A model generated the notes under the pieces. That model saw nothing but the letters and a program-made list of their open reading frames with translations. It had not been told where the DNA came from and searched no databases. Both the position numbers and the translations under genes were made by a program. This document shows, piece after piece, positions 40,091 to 50,282 of a DNA stretch of 64,000 bases (position 1 is its first letter; every line of letters begins with the position of its first letter). The stretch is from a virus (lineage: Duplodnaviria; Caudoviricetes). The stretch lies in IMG/VR virus record IMGVR_UViG_3300019378_000009, positions 32,001 to 96,000 of that record; one strand, written 5' to 3'.

Positions 40091-40535
40091 CTGCGTTTAC
40101 ATCTCCTATCGTCGGAGTTCCATTATAGCTTCTATAATAAAACTCCTCTGTTTTGCGAGCCTGCGTAGTAAATGCCTCTAAGGCTTTCACTATACTTGCA
40201 ATCAAATTACCACTAGAAAATGCTTTAACGTCTTTGTCCGCATAAAGATTTTCATAATTTCTCTCCTTTGAAAGTTGGTATTCTAACCAAAGTACTTTCA
40301 TCCAGCACAAAATTACTTCAAGTTCTGACATAGTAATATTATTTACAAAACTACCTTCGCCATTTTCATTAATTATATATGCTAAATCAATGCGCGGAAA
40401 ACGAAACCGAGCAATGGCACGCACTGCAAATTCATTCAGTGCCTGCTCAAGCTCTTCGTTCGTATAAGACGCTAAAGTACAACTACTCAGCGTAGATAAA
40501 AACAGGGGAAATAAAAACTTATTCCATTGACGCAT
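40083..40535 (-). CDS. putative head-tail adaptor
   Basis: Small helical protein with E..IL..M...WL...DVKAFS; position after the capsid genes. Confidence 0.55.
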   Translation of the reverse strand: MRQWNKFLFPLFLSTLSSCTLASYTNEELEQALNEFAVRAIARFRFPRIDLAYIINENGEGSFVNNITMSELEVILCWMKVLWLEYQLSKERNYENLYADKDVKAFSSGNLIASIVKALEAFTTQARKTEEFYYRSYNGTPTIGDVNADE

Positions 40536-41001
40536 CTTCTACCTGCAACTCAACGCCGAGAATTTTATTCAAATCGTCGATCATTGACAAGGGAAGTTCA
40601 TTGATATGTTCTCTTGCAAGTATAATAACATTATCCCGATTTACATCGTTACCTTGTATAAATTCACGGATAGCTTTTCTATTGCCCTGTTTTAAAGCCA
40701 AAGTAATTTCCTCTTCTGAAGCCGCAACAACTTTATCTTCAACTGGGAAGAAAATTTCAGCAACCTCTGCTTCAAACTGTTTGACGGGTTCTATCTTAAA
40801 CTTTCCTTGTTTATACATCCTTTCAAGAGTAGGATTTGTAAAAATTCCAAGAGCAAAAGTACGAGGAATTCTTACTTTTTTTATATTGTAAGGAATAACA
40901 ACCAAACGCTCAGGCGTAGTCATATCATATGAAGGCATTCTTAAACTAAGTCCGCCCTTACAATTCTTTACAATATCATAAAAATTTAACTGTTCTGCCA
41001 T
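40519..41001 (-). CDS. hypothetical protein downstream of the major capsid gene
   Basis: AAAGGA SD; in the head operon. Confidence 0.6.
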   Translation of the reverse strand: MAEQLNFYDIVKNCKGGLSLRMPSYDMTTPERLVVIPYNIKKVRIPRTFALGIFTNPTLERMYKQGKFKIEPVKQFEAEVAEIFFPVEDKVVAASEEEITLALKQGNRKAIREFIQGNDVNRDNVIILAREHINELPLSMIDDLNKILGVELQVEDASME

Positions 41002-41071
41002 TTATCTAAAATCCTTTCGTTAAGGGGTGGGTTTTCCACCCCAAATATATATTTAACAATTATTTCCTATA

Positions 41072-42100
41072 TTAAACAGCGCCTTCGCCGTCAACAATGT
41101 CTTCGTCAGTATAAACGCAAACATCATTAACAAGAGTAAGACCAACACCCACTATACGATGTGCATTCTGTTCAACCGAACCACTTGGATGAGCATCCTC
41201 AACAATAACAAGGTCACCCTTCATAGCTACCTTAACGGGCTTAGAAGTTGCAGGAAGAATGAACATATCACCCTCCTTGAATACCCAGTTAGTATTATTT
41301 TCATCTGCAAGATAGTTAGGAAGCTCAACTACAGGAATACCCTTATACATAGTTACAAAACCACGATTGCGGATATCATCTGCATCAGCAGTTGTATGAT
41401 TAGGAACAGTTGCCCAACCTGCACCATTGTCAATCTTAGAAATTGCAGGTCTAAAGCCCATAATGATAGCATCGCCATACTGATTAGCAATAGAAATAAG
41501 TCTATCAACAGTTGCCTTAACGAAACCATTACCAGCATCGATGTTAGCTGCAGGTGCATGAGTCTTAGCAGTTCTAAGCGCCTGTACTGCTGCAATATAA
41601 ATCTTCTCTACAAAACCATCGCGAATATTAGCCATCAATTCTGCAAGAGAATAGTTACCAAGAAGGATATCCTCAAGAGTAACAAATACCTTTACGGTCC
41701 AAGTCTTAGTAGTAACCTGGAAGCTCTTATTATCAAGACGTCTTGCCTTATAGATACCACCACGAGAACCTTCAATAATACCAAGTCTAGCTCTACGCTT
41801 ACCAATTCCTCTAATTTCAAAGATTGGCTCTGCATCACGAGCAAATGTCTTAACTTCTGTAAAACCACCTACAATATCAGTGATTGCTTTTGGAAGCTGT
41901 TCCTGAATAACCTCTTCAAGCATAGCAAAAATTTCAGCCTTGTGAGCGCGAATTTCACGAGCGGAAGCATTCTCCAAACCATATGTTTCAAGAATTGCAT
42001 TAACTGCAGCCTCATTTGCATCTACTGCGGAAAACTTAGAAGGATCTGCAGGAGCTATAGCTGCTCTAAAAAGTGTTTTAAGTTCTTGTTTAGTTGCCAT
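41072..42100 (-). CDS. major capsid protein
   Basis: 342 aa, strongly biased codons, G....YKGIPVVELPN motif, followed by a hairpin at ~41023-41042. Confidence 0.8.
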   Translation of the reverse strand: MATKQELKTLFRAAIAPADPSKFSAVDANEAAVNAILETYGLENASAREIRAHKAEIFAMLEEVIQEQLPKAITDIVGGFTEVKTFARDAEPIFEIRGIGKRRARLGIIEGSRGGIYKARRLDNKSFQVTTKTWTVKVFVTLEDILLGNYSLAELMANIRDGFVEKIYIAAVQALRTAKTHAPAANIDAGNGFVKATVDRLISIANQYGDAIIMGFRPAISKIDNGAGWATVPNHTTADADDIRNRGFVTMYKGIPVVELPNYLADENNTNWVFKEGDMFILPATSKPVKVAMKGDLVIVEDAHPSGSVEQNAHRIVGVGLTLVNDVCVYTDEDIVDGEGAV

Positions 42101-42629
42101 CTTCAGTCACCTCTTCTTCAATTGCCTCTATTACACCAAGATAAAGGAATTCGTATGCTTCGCTTCCGTCAGGAAGAGTAGAAGCAGTAGCCTTAAACAT
42201 AGCGCCCTCAGCATCTGCCTGAAGTGTAAGAACACCATCAGTTACCTTTGCATAACCATTACCTTCAATTTCGCCAGTGTAGTTGTTAGTAGTGAAAGTA
42301 TCACCAACATAAAGTCCGATACAACGAGGATAAACAACACCATCTACAACAGGCTCAGCAAAAAGTCTAAGCTCATTGAAGTAAGTAAGAAGCTCTTCAG
42401 TATAATGTACGAAAGGCACGGTGTGCTTCGAAGGATCGTAATTACTTACAGTACCCTCAGCATCGAGACCAAGAATGATACCATTTTCAATGTAATCGTT
42501 GCCACCTACGGTTACCTTAGCAATGCTTTCCATATCTGCGGGCATATTAGCCAGAATATGACCATTGCGCAAACCGCAAAGGTTGTTCATTTCGAATACC
42601 TTGAATGTAGGAAGGAAACTCATAATCAT
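42090..42629 (-). CDS. putative head decoration protein
   Basis: Between the protease/scaffold and capsid genes; IENG...L.VGDTFTTN. Confidence 0.55.
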   Translation of the reverse strand: MIMSFLPTFKVFEMNNLCGLRNGHILANMPADMESIAKVTVGGNDYIENGIILGLDAEGTVSNYDPSKHTVPFVHYTEELLTYFNELRLFAEPVVDGVVYPRCIGLYVGDTFTTNNYTGEIEGNGYAKVTDGVLTLQADAEGAMFKATASTLPDGSEAYEFLYLGVIEAIEEEVTEDGN

Positions 42630-44074
42630 TAGTTTTTACCTCTATTCATATTTTTATATTTTTGAACAACTGCTGCCTCATCACACTCGTTGTAGTCACT
42701 TGGCACGTTGTCTATATTTGATATTTCAAATATCACTGAATCTGTATTGGTTTGTGTTGCCGCATACGCGTCAGCTAAACCATTGACTAATTCTTCAACT
42801 GTATATTCGCCGTTTCTAAACTTTTCTATCGTTTCTGCATCAAGCAAATGAGAATAACAGGTAAGAATATTGTCTTTATAAATTATTTGCAATGAAGCAA
42901 ATCTTTCTTGTGCTTCATTAGATGACTGAGTGAGAATTTCAATAGAAGCAGTTAATTCAGAAACTGTAGCTTCAAGACGCTCGCAATTGCTTCGTAAAGC
43001 TTGGAATTCTTCATCTTCTTCTTTTGACTTTCCGTCGTTGTCTTCTGAGAACTTGTCATCTTTGTTTTTGTTTTTGTCTTCTGGGTCGATTGTTGTTGCA
43101 TTTGTGTCTGTTCCACCATCAACAAATGCGGGGGTACTATCGCCCTCGTTTGTTTCTGTTCCAACAACTGGCTCAGTTTGTGTTTGATTACCATCTTCAA
43201 AAATCTCAGTAGTGCCTTTCTTTGCGTTCGTTAGAACTTCAATTTCTTCATCGCTTAAATAACGATTGCGAACACTGCACTCCAAAGTAAGTTGCAACGA
43301 ACCATCTGTATCGCGGCTCATTTGATAGCGGTTATAAATTCCATAATCGCTGCAAACTACAACATAATTCTCTGGCTTATGCTCACAAACATAACCATAA
43401 ATGCGCTGGGACTCTAAAGTTCTATAAATTTCAGTTACAACTTCTTCAGCCGTAGGCTCTACATTGAACATAGCGCTGAATAACGCCTGATACTTACTCT
43501 TGTTTTCGTCTGTAATAAAATCAGGAAGTTCAACAGCACTAAAGAATTCAGAACCGGTAAATGCAGGAGTGTCATTGTCTCCAAGAACACTAAGTCCAAT
43601 AAGTTCGCCGTCGGTAAACTCAAGGTTCTTAAAATTGCCCGCACTATCGCGATTGATTTTGTACTGAACAGAATTGGGGTCAAGCTCTAAAGAATGTTGT
43701 TTGCCAATAATCTTAGAAGCAATAACACCAGTATCATCAGGTCTTCCTGTGTACAAGATAATGTCAGTTACAGCAAATGTAACACCCTGTGCGGCATCTT
43801 CTACATATTCTAAAGTAGCACTTTCTGGTACTAAACCATAAATATTTTGAACATTGTTGTGACCAACAAAATCTTCATCAGCTACCGAATAAAAGCCAAC
43901 AACAGGAGTGTAAGCAATAGAAGAAAGCAACTTATCAGAAAATTCTTTGGTAAACAATCTCTTGTCTACTGTTTCTCCAATATAGTAAATCTTCAACTTT
44001 GCTTTTGAATATTTAGCATTTGCCGCATCTGGAGTAAGCTCCTCAACAAAAGCCGGAATACTAAACTTATTCAT
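42629..44074 (-). CDS. prohead protease / scaffold protein
   Basis: N-terminal protease-like domain (TPVVG, HSLEL, GLSVLG..PAF) plus an acidic coiled-coil C-terminus. Confidence 0.7.
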   Translation of the reverse strand: MNKFSIPAFVEELTPDAANAKYSKAKLKIYYIGETVDKRLFTKEFSDKLLSSIAYTPVVGFYSVADEDFVGHNNVQNIYGLVPESATLEYVEDAAQGVTFAVTDIILYTGRPDDTGVIASKIIGKQHSLELDPNSVQYKINRDSAGNFKNLEFTDGELIGLSVLGDNDTPAFTGSEFFSAVELPDFITDENKSKYQALFSAMFNVEPTAEEVVTEIYRTLESQRIYGYVCEHKPENYVVVCSDYGIYNRYQMSRDTDGSLQLTLECSVRNRYLSDEEIEVLTNAKKGTTEIFEDGNQTQTEPVVGTETNEGDSTPAFVDGGTDTNATTIDPEDKNKNKDDKFSEDNDGKSKEEDEEFQALRSNCERLEATVSELTASIEILTQSSNEAQERFASLQIIYKDNILTCYSHLLDAETIEKFRNGEYTVEELVNGLADAYAATQTNTDSVIFEISNIDNVPSDYNECDEAAVVQKYKNMNRGKN

Positions 44075-44094
44075 TTTGTACCTCAGTTGTGTTT

Positions 44095-45618
44095 TTATTT
44101 TTCTTCTTCTTCTTCTACGGGTACATCTTCTTTTGCGGAGTCAGGTTTGGTTTCTGTTTCAGTTTTTTCTTCTATCTTGTTAACCATTCCTGCCGCATTA
44201 GCGCCGCCAGTATAAGAAGTAGATAACGGAGTTAATTCATTCAATTTCAAGAAATCTTCAAGTTCAACCTTGCTTGGGATGTCTACTTGCTTTGTACCCA
44301 AACCAACGACATACTCTAGCTTAGAAGCACCTAAGGTAGCGCCCTCTTTATATTGCAGAAGCATATTGCTAAAGTTATATACGGATAATGGCAACATATT
44401 AAGACTACATTGATAACCCTTGAAATTAAATTGATTGTTTATTGTTAAATTATAAAACGCAACCAAATCTTGTACATACTGCCATACAATAGATTCTTTA
44501 CGGCGAAGAGAAAATTCTAACGACTCTTTTGAAGTTCCACTATATAAATTCTCATTTTCACCATCAACATTGTAAATAGCTGCATATGCATTAGAAAGCG
44601 TTTTATTTTCTTTTGTTTGATCTTCGCCAATAGACAAAACATCTAAATCACCAAAAGTAGTAAGCATACGCACATACTTATTTCTTGTAAGTGTTTTACT
44701 CATACTCTTGTGTAAAGCTGTCATTTCGGGAATTTCAACTACTAATTTATCTTCCCAAGTAGGCATCTTGTGCGCAATAATCTTAACAAGTTGCTGTTCA
44801 TTGCGCTCCAATTCATTAGCTCTGTATTGGTCATATTGTATAATAGCGCCAAGAGAGCGTAAATATGAAGGAAAAGTCTTGTCATTTAAAACAAAGCCCG
44901 CAGAAAACTTAGGACTAAGTTTTTGCCAACGAAGATTTGCGTCCTCTTTATATGCATCATACATCGCCTTCATTTCGGAGGGATACATTGGGAACAAAAG
45001 GTCTAACTGTTCTTTTGTAAAACCTTGGTCATCAAAATAACCAAAATCAAACTGGAACACATTAGTGCCAAATTGTGTTGTGCCTGTAATTCTACAGCGC
45101 TCTGGCGGTAAAACAATAGTTGAAATTGTTTTAGAACCAGTTCTTTTTACAGTAGTTACAAACAAGGCACCGTCTATAAATAATTTACCCAACAAATGCG
45201 GAAAAGTTGTTTCGATAGACAATCCATCAACAACCTCCGCCATGTTAAAATAAATTTCTTCATAATCGGCAGTCTTTTGTTTTTCTTTTACTAGGCGAGG
45301 ATAAAAGGTATAACGCCAGTAAAACATATTTTTCAAACTATCAATAAGAGTTGCATAAATTGGATAAAAAGTATATGCTTCTCTAGAATATTGTCTAACA
45401 ACAGAAAGGTTATTAACATTATAATAGTTTGTATTAAAAGAATCAACAGTAAGAGAGCCTATTGATGTTGATTCATTGCGATTTTGGTTTACATTTCGAC
45501 CAATACTCGCATCATCTTTATACATCTCTTCTATTGCGCTACGAGTTATTTTAAACTTCGTAGCAAGAGAAGTTGCAGTTTTTTGCAATTCTTCTGTTTG
45601 TATTGATTTTACTTTCAT
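44095..45618 (-). CDS. portal protein
   Basis: 507 aa directly after the large terminase; ends in PLSTSYT. Confidence 0.7.
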   Translation of the reverse strand: MKVKSIQTEELQKTATSLATKFKITRSAIEEMYKDDASIGRNVNQNRNESTSIGSLTVDSFNTNYYNVNNLSVVRQYSREAYTFYPIYATLIDSLKNMFYWRYTFYPRLVKEKQKTADYEEIYFNMAEVVDGLSIETTFPHLLGKLFIDGALFVTTVKRTGSKTISTIVLPPERCRITGTTQFGTNVFQFDFGYFDDQGFTKEQLDLLFPMYPSEMKAMYDAYKEDANLRWQKLSPKFSAGFVLNDKTFPSYLRSLGAIIQYDQYRANELERNEQQLVKIIAHKMPTWEDKLVVEIPEMTALHKSMSKTLTRNKYVRMLTTFGDLDVLSIGEDQTKENKTLSNAYAAIYNVDGENENLYSGTSKESLEFSLRRKESIVWQYVQDLVAFYNLTINNQFNFKGYQCSLNMLPLSVYNFSNMLLQYKEGATLGASKLEYVVGLGTKQVDIPSKVELEDFLKLNELTPLSTSYTGGANAAGMVNKIEEKTETETKPDSAKEDVPVEEEEEK

Positions 45619-45636
45619 TTGTTTGCCTCACCATTA

Positions 45637-47442
45637 TTAGTTTATCAAAACCGCATCTGCCCAAGAATACGACTTCTTTTGTCTCTTTTTATAATATTCT
45701 TGTTCTATTTGAGTTGATACCGCATAAATTCCGTATTCGGCCGCAGAGAAAAAGTCTTTTTGAATTTTCTTATTGCGTCTATCAATACGAAGTGTGTTAG
45801 ACACATTATCGCTAGTATCAATAATAATGAGGTTTTTAAGTTCTTCTTCCATTAGATCCATATATCTATAGGGTTGAAGTTTTGCACGCTTTGTTGCTTC
45901 AGACGCGCGCAAGAAATTTTTGTTTTGAGAAAATCTGGTCAATGCTTCGTGCATCTTAATCAGACCTCTAACAGAACCATTACTTACACGAGAAAAGAAA
46001 ATTCTGTGTATGTGTTCTCCCTCTTTACCACCTGATTTAATTTCATAACAAAGTGTGCGATATTTAGGATATCTAATTATATCTTTTTCCGCACTCTTGG
46101 GAGGATTGATAATGCCATAACCAGGCAATTCTAATCCAGTATCTCTATCTTTTGTGGGCTTATTTATCCAATCGCGAAGCGCTGCTCCAATACCGTTGGC
46201 GTCATAAACAAACATTCTAGCTTCATAAGTCGCTATAGTCTTTTTTAACTCATTTGCAACTACTTCATAGTCCGTACTATTTATAACAAACAGGTTGACC
46301 ATTTTATAGTTAAACATATGAGGACCAGGAGATACTCTAATTACTATTACCGCAGTATCCGCACTACCATCCTTCGCCATATCAGCAGTTACAATATAAA
46401 ATTCCTCTTTGTCCAATTCCATTGCATGCTCTTCGGCACGTCTAATTTGACGCATCGCCGCAATAACAGAAGGGCCAAATGCTGCTCCAGACTGCGCCCC
46501 GCTCCAACGAGATTTATATTCTCGGTCTAATGATCCTCGATCAAAACTGGGCGAAGAAATAATTTCGCGCATTGTTTGAGCTTCTAGGCGCCCGTGCATA
46601 AGAGGAATAACATAACTTCCGCCCAGTATCATATAATGGTCTGGGTCAAGCGCGCAATAACAAAGAGTTTCTATATTTTTATCATATGCAAATGTACCTT
46701 GAAATCCTGCGGTTGTGATATAAATCTTCTGGCCATGAGGCTCATTAGGATTAACTTCGCCGCGACAGTTAGTACGCTGAGCATTCATAAGGGGTATAAC
46801 TTCTTCATTAACCACTACGGGGTCTTGTTCAATAACTTCCTCGAAAATTCCATGGTGTCTACGCATACCTCTTGGGTGACCGCCAACAACGTCGAACACA
46901 CTACCACTAGTAAATCTAAATTCTGCATAGTCAGTACCCTCTGTATAGGCTGCCTTGATACCACGCTTCTGCATTTCATTTTTCAGAAGCGGAAATTTCA
47001 CCCATAAGTCTTGAATAACTTTTTCTTTTGCAATTTGCGCAGCCTGACTTTTCGTACCAGCAGTAACGAAACCGTTACTACGTGGCACAATCATACTGCT
47101 TGTATATTGCTGGTAAAAAGCCAAGAAAGACTTAGAAAACGCACGAGTGTAAGTTGCAAAGGTTTGACGATGTCGTGCCATACATCTCAACACAATTCGT
47201 TGCGCGAAAAACATAGAAAATCTGCTATTTTTTGGCGTCATTATATCTGCCAAAATATCTGGGTACACTAAAAAGGTGTTTAGTGCATTTGTATATAGTT
47301 CCAAATTGTTCTTCACTCGTTCTTTGCGCAATATTTTAACTTGCGCGCTATTAGAGGAATTCAAAAAGGAAATATAGGCATCAATTTCGGGTTCAAGATA
47401 AGTAGCCTCTTCCAGGGCAGTAGAGAAATTGATATTTTCCAT
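45637..47442 (-). CDS. terL: terminase large subunit
   Basis: RAFSKS (Walker A variant), RG.R, GIFEE, YITTAG, REY.S.W, nuclease motifs ADMA, DANGIG, KDFFSA. Confidence 0.88.
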   Translation of the reverse strand: MENINFSTALEEATYLEPEIDAYISFLNSSNSAQVKILRKERVKNNLELYTNALNTFLVYPDILADIMTPKNSRFSMFFAQRIVLRCMARHRQTFATYTRAFSKSFLAFYQQYTSSMIVPRSNGFVTAGTKSQAAQIAKEKVIQDLWVKFPLLKNEMQKRGIKAAYTEGTDYAEFRFTSGSVFDVVGGHPRGMRRHHGIFEEVIEQDPVVVNEEVIPLMNAQRTNCRGEVNPNEPHGQKIYITTAGFQGTFAYDKNIETLCYCALDPDHYMILGGSYVIPLMHGRLEAQTMREIISSPSFDRGSLDREYKSRWSGAQSGAAFGPSVIAAMRQIRRAEEHAMELDKEEFYIVTADMAKDGSADTAVIVIRVSPGPHMFNYKMVNLFVINSTDYEVVANELKKTIATYEARMFVYDANGIGAALRDWINKPTKDRDTGLELPGYGIINPPKSAEKDIIRYPKYRTLCYEIKSGGKEGEHIHRIFFSRVSNGSVRGLIKMHEALTRFSQNKNFLRASEATKRAKLQPYRYMDLMEEELKNLIIIDTSDNVSNTLRIDRRNKKIQKDFFSAAEYGIYAVSTQIEQEYYKKRQKKSYSWADAVLIN

Positions 47443-47457
47443 AATACTTCCCCCGGA

Positions 47458-48498
47458 TTAGAAATAATCTTCTTCACTCGAACTATTGGTAGAAAAATCA
47501 GCATCTTCAAACAAATCACTCAAGTCAACGTCCTCAGCCGCAAGCTGTGCGTCCAAGTCGCGATTCGCCGCAATAGCGTTGTCATTAATCAAATCTTCCA
47601 AAGATACTTCCGCAAACGCTTCTTCATTTGCATTTTCTTCTACCTTTTGCGCATAGGATTTAGAAATACTTTCAAGTGTCGCCGCAAGCCCAGTACAGTC
47701 TTGCACAAGCACCCTAATATATTCCTTAAAGTCCGCAATAGTTTTATCTACTACGTCTCTTTCTACGCCATCATAATACTTAAACTGTCCGCCACATTGT
47801 TCGATATAATCTCCCAAGTCGCTGACCGTCGAAATAACGTCTTTGTTGCTACTCTGAATTACGTCATCAATTTGCGCAGTTTTAGTAAATGTACTATATG
47901 CGCTCGTCAAATCTTTAATTCCTTTTGCGTCGCCCGCAAGTATAGCTTGGTCCAACTGAATGGAAATTCTAGCTGCTTTTTTAATTGCATCAATTTGAAG
48001 GGGATTGGTTATATCTCCGGCGCGCAATGTGCTTACCAATAGACTATCCAATTGCACATATTCCTCAAAGGAATATTCTCCGCCCCATTTTATTTTCGCT
48101 CGCCGCATGAATTGCTCCTTTACTGGTTCAATTCCTGCAAGCAGCTCCGCAAACGTATTACAACGCTCCCATTCCGCATTAACTTCAGTCCACAGGTCTT
48201 TGGTACGTCCCTCTGCCCACATTACTGGGGTAGCAGGATTTTCATCAGCCCATAACTCCATGTAGGCGGCAAAAATGGTTTTGTTGCTTCCTAAACGCTC
48301 TTGTAGTTCGGTCCATTTGTCTGGCTTAAAGGGGATATTATAGGTGCGGCAAAAAAAGTTTGCCTGTTCGAGATTTTTCGGGTTAATTTGCTTTACTAAA
48401 CAATCCAAGCAAGCGCTACCACTAATTGGATTATTTGTAGGCAATATTTCGGTTAGTTTGCCACAAAGGGCACATTTTCCAATCTTTAAAATACTCAT
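47458..48498 (-). CDS. Zn-finger protein upstream of terL (candidate small terminase)
   Basis: CALC...CLDC. SD AAAGGAGA supports ATG at 48498, shorter than the ORF-track call. Confidence 0.55.
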   Translation of the reverse strand: MSILKIGKCALCGKLTEILPTNNPISGSACLDCLVKQINPKNLEQANFFCRTYNIPFKPDKWTELQERLGSNKTIFAAYMELWADENPATPVMWAEGRTKDLWTEVNAEWERCNTFAELLAGIEPVKEQFMRRAKIKWGGEYSFEEYVQLDSLLVSTLRAGDITNPLQIDAIKKAARISIQLDQAILAGDAKGIKDLTSAYSTFTKTAQIDDVIQSSNKDVISTVSDLGDYIEQCGGQFKYYDGVERDVVDKTIADFKEYIRVLVQDCTGLAATLESISKSYAQKVEENANEEAFAEVSLEDLINDNAIAANRDLDAQLAAEDVDLSDLFEDADFSTNSSSEEDYF

Positions 48499-48522
48499 AG
48501 TCTTTCTATCTCCTTTATATAT

Positions 48523-48551
48523 ATTATACTCCATTTTACCCAAAAAGTCAA
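48523..48551 (-). promoter_or_regulatory. sigmaA promoter of the packaging/head operon
   Basis: Minus strand TTGACT-N17-TATAAT. Confidence 0.75.
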
Positions 48552-48923
48552 TTCTGGAGAATAGGTAATTTGGAAATAGAAATGCAGAATGGATTTAAGA
48601 ATGTTGGAATTGGATTTTGGTTACATGTTGAGATTGGATTTTTCGTTTCATACGATCTTTTTTCCACAACAGGCCCGGGTTGTTCATAATTTCGTAATAT
48701 TTGTCTAACACTCCCCCCCCGTCGTTATGCACAAAAAAAGAGCATACCCGGGCATACTTTTGTGCATATTGCCTAAAGTTTGTTAAAATTTTAACATTAT
48801 TCATATTTGATGCTTTTGTGCATATTGTACAAAAAATTTATTCTTTTTTCTACATAGAAAGTATTGACAAAGATAAAAATATATGGTAAAATAGGGTAGA
48901 AAATAAATCAAGGAGCTTTTCAA

Positions 48924-49328
48924 ATGGATACATTAATACTTGCAAAAATCGACCGTTTTTATGCAAATAACGGACAAGAGGCGGAGCGAGTTTTCCGCTA
49001 CACTTACACGGGCAAGCTTACAAAAGCCGATAACATTAAGCACACCGACGGCGCCGACTGCGACGACATTCAAATCAAGAGCGCGAGAGCAAGCGTCTGC
49101 AAGGGCACAGATATCAATGCATATCTCTCAAATGACAAAGCAAGCCGTTTTGCTTATGTTGTCAAGGATATGAGCATAGCCTACATAATGACAAAGGCAC
49201 TATATATTGAGTTTGTAAATGCTTTCGCTACAATCACAACTGAGAGCGCAAAAAACGGTGGTGCTACAAAGTTAAGGCTTAAAAGCGAAAGCAAGGCGAT
49301 GCTTCAATGGTTAGCGGAGAGGGTGTAA
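48924..49328 (+). CDS. putative PD-(D/E)XK-like nuclease
   Basis: NNGQEAE...GAD...IQIK motif; own promoter and SD; similar to 50433-50915 with the halves in reversed order. Confidence 0.55.
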   Translation: MDTLILAKIDRFYANNGQEAERVFRYTYTGKLTKADNIKHTDGADCDDIQIKSARASVCKGTDINAYLSNDKASRFAYVVKDMSIAYIMTKALYIEFVNAFATITTESAKNGGATKLRLKSESKAMLQWLAERV

Positions 49329-49481
49329 ACCCTCTCCCTTTTGCATTGTTGAAATTTAACGAGCGCGTCCGGGCGCGACCCGGTAACTTGCACAAAAAGT
49401 TGGGGTGCACGCAGTATAAATTTGTGCAAAATTTTTGAGGAAGAGGATTGACTTTTTCAGTGATTTGTGGTATAATATAAG

Positions 49482-49572
49482 TGTCAAGGGGCGAGGGAAA
49501 CCCAAGTTGCAACAGGGTAGTGAACGGAACTTGAAAAAAATTTTTGAAAAATTTTTCAAAAACCCCTTGACA
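49482..49572 (+). ncRNA. ORF-less unit bounded by inverted repeats (candidate sRNA) A
   Basis: Starts just after TATAAT; TGTCAAGGGG...CCCCTTGACA; no SD/ATG ORF. Confidence 0.45.
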
Positions 49573-49599
49573 AATCCACGAAAGTGTGGTATAATATAA

Positions 49600-49857
49600 G
49601 TGTAAGAGGGAAGGACAACAAACTGTACTTGCACCACCGTCACCAAGAGTGTGAGAGCGGAGTGCAAGAGGGGAGAAGTCACCTTGCAAGGCTTCCCTTT
49701 CACAACCGAGGTAATGAGGTCACTCTCCGCAGACTCGCAAAGCCATAAGAGGTGGGAACGCAAGTTGTTCTGTAAGACGAGCCCTCGGTATAGAAATCAG
49801 TAGACCAAAGACAACACTCAACCCTTGAAAGAGTGTGTGGACGGAGCGAGGGTATAT
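49600..49857 (+). ncRNA. structured non-coding RNA / tRNA leader
   Basis: Promoter at 49567, no credible ORF, GC-rich stems (CTTGCAC/GTGCAAG, ACCGAGG/CCTCGGT, ACACTC/GAGTGT). Confidence 0.5.
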
Positions 49858-49962
49858 GAGAGGGTAGCTCAAGGGTAGAGCGGCATCCTGCTAAGATGCG
49901 GCAGACGAGGTCAGTGCACGGACTAGTCCACTGTATGGGTTCGAATCCCATCCCTTTCACCA
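49858..49962 (+). tRNA. atypical tRNA, anticodon GCT (Ser-reading), 35-nt variable region, encoded CCA
   Basis: Acceptor GAGAGGG/CCCTTTC-A-CCA; D arm GCTC-AAGGGTA-GAGC; anticodon arm GCATC-CTGCTAA-GATGC; T arm ATGGG-TTCGAAT-CCCAT. Confidence 0.85.
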
Positions 49963-50090
49963 TAAAGACTTGGCGCGGCCGGTGTCGCGCCGGGCCGCCC
50001 GGGCTGCCGAAAATTTTTTCAGCTTTTTCGCAAAAACACTTGACAAACAAATAGTTTTGTGGTATAATATATACAGAAATAAAGAATGAG

Positions 50091-50282
50091 GTGTCTATTA
50101 TGAAACACGTGGCTTACAATCTTGTCACTCACGAAGTACTTTTTTCCAATCATTCCAATGCTTTAAAGCGCAGAGTTACCCAAATAGAACGTTGGAATAT
50201 AGCTAATGGTTATGGCAAGGGCAAATGGATATTCGCCCACGGCAAGCAGTGTGAATATAAAATTGCTGCCAAGCTCCACTAA
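50091..50282 (+). CDS. hypothetical cassette protein
   Basis: Own promoter at 50040 and GAGG SD (start at 50091 or 50100). Confidence 0.65.
   Translation: MSIMKHVAYNLVTHEVLFSNHSNALKRRVTQIERWNIANGYGKGKWIFAHGKQCEYKIAAKLH

Noticed and set aside
41159-42181. 340-aa plus-strand ORF (and others such as 47341-48042, 38054-38455, 30946-31413)
   Set aside because: These are antisense shadows of well-supported capsid, terminase and tail genes, with no SD and non-protein-like composition.
49600-49962. tmRNA
   Set aside because: The element has a complete D arm and anticodon arm, no Ala-type acceptor stem context and no tag ORF.
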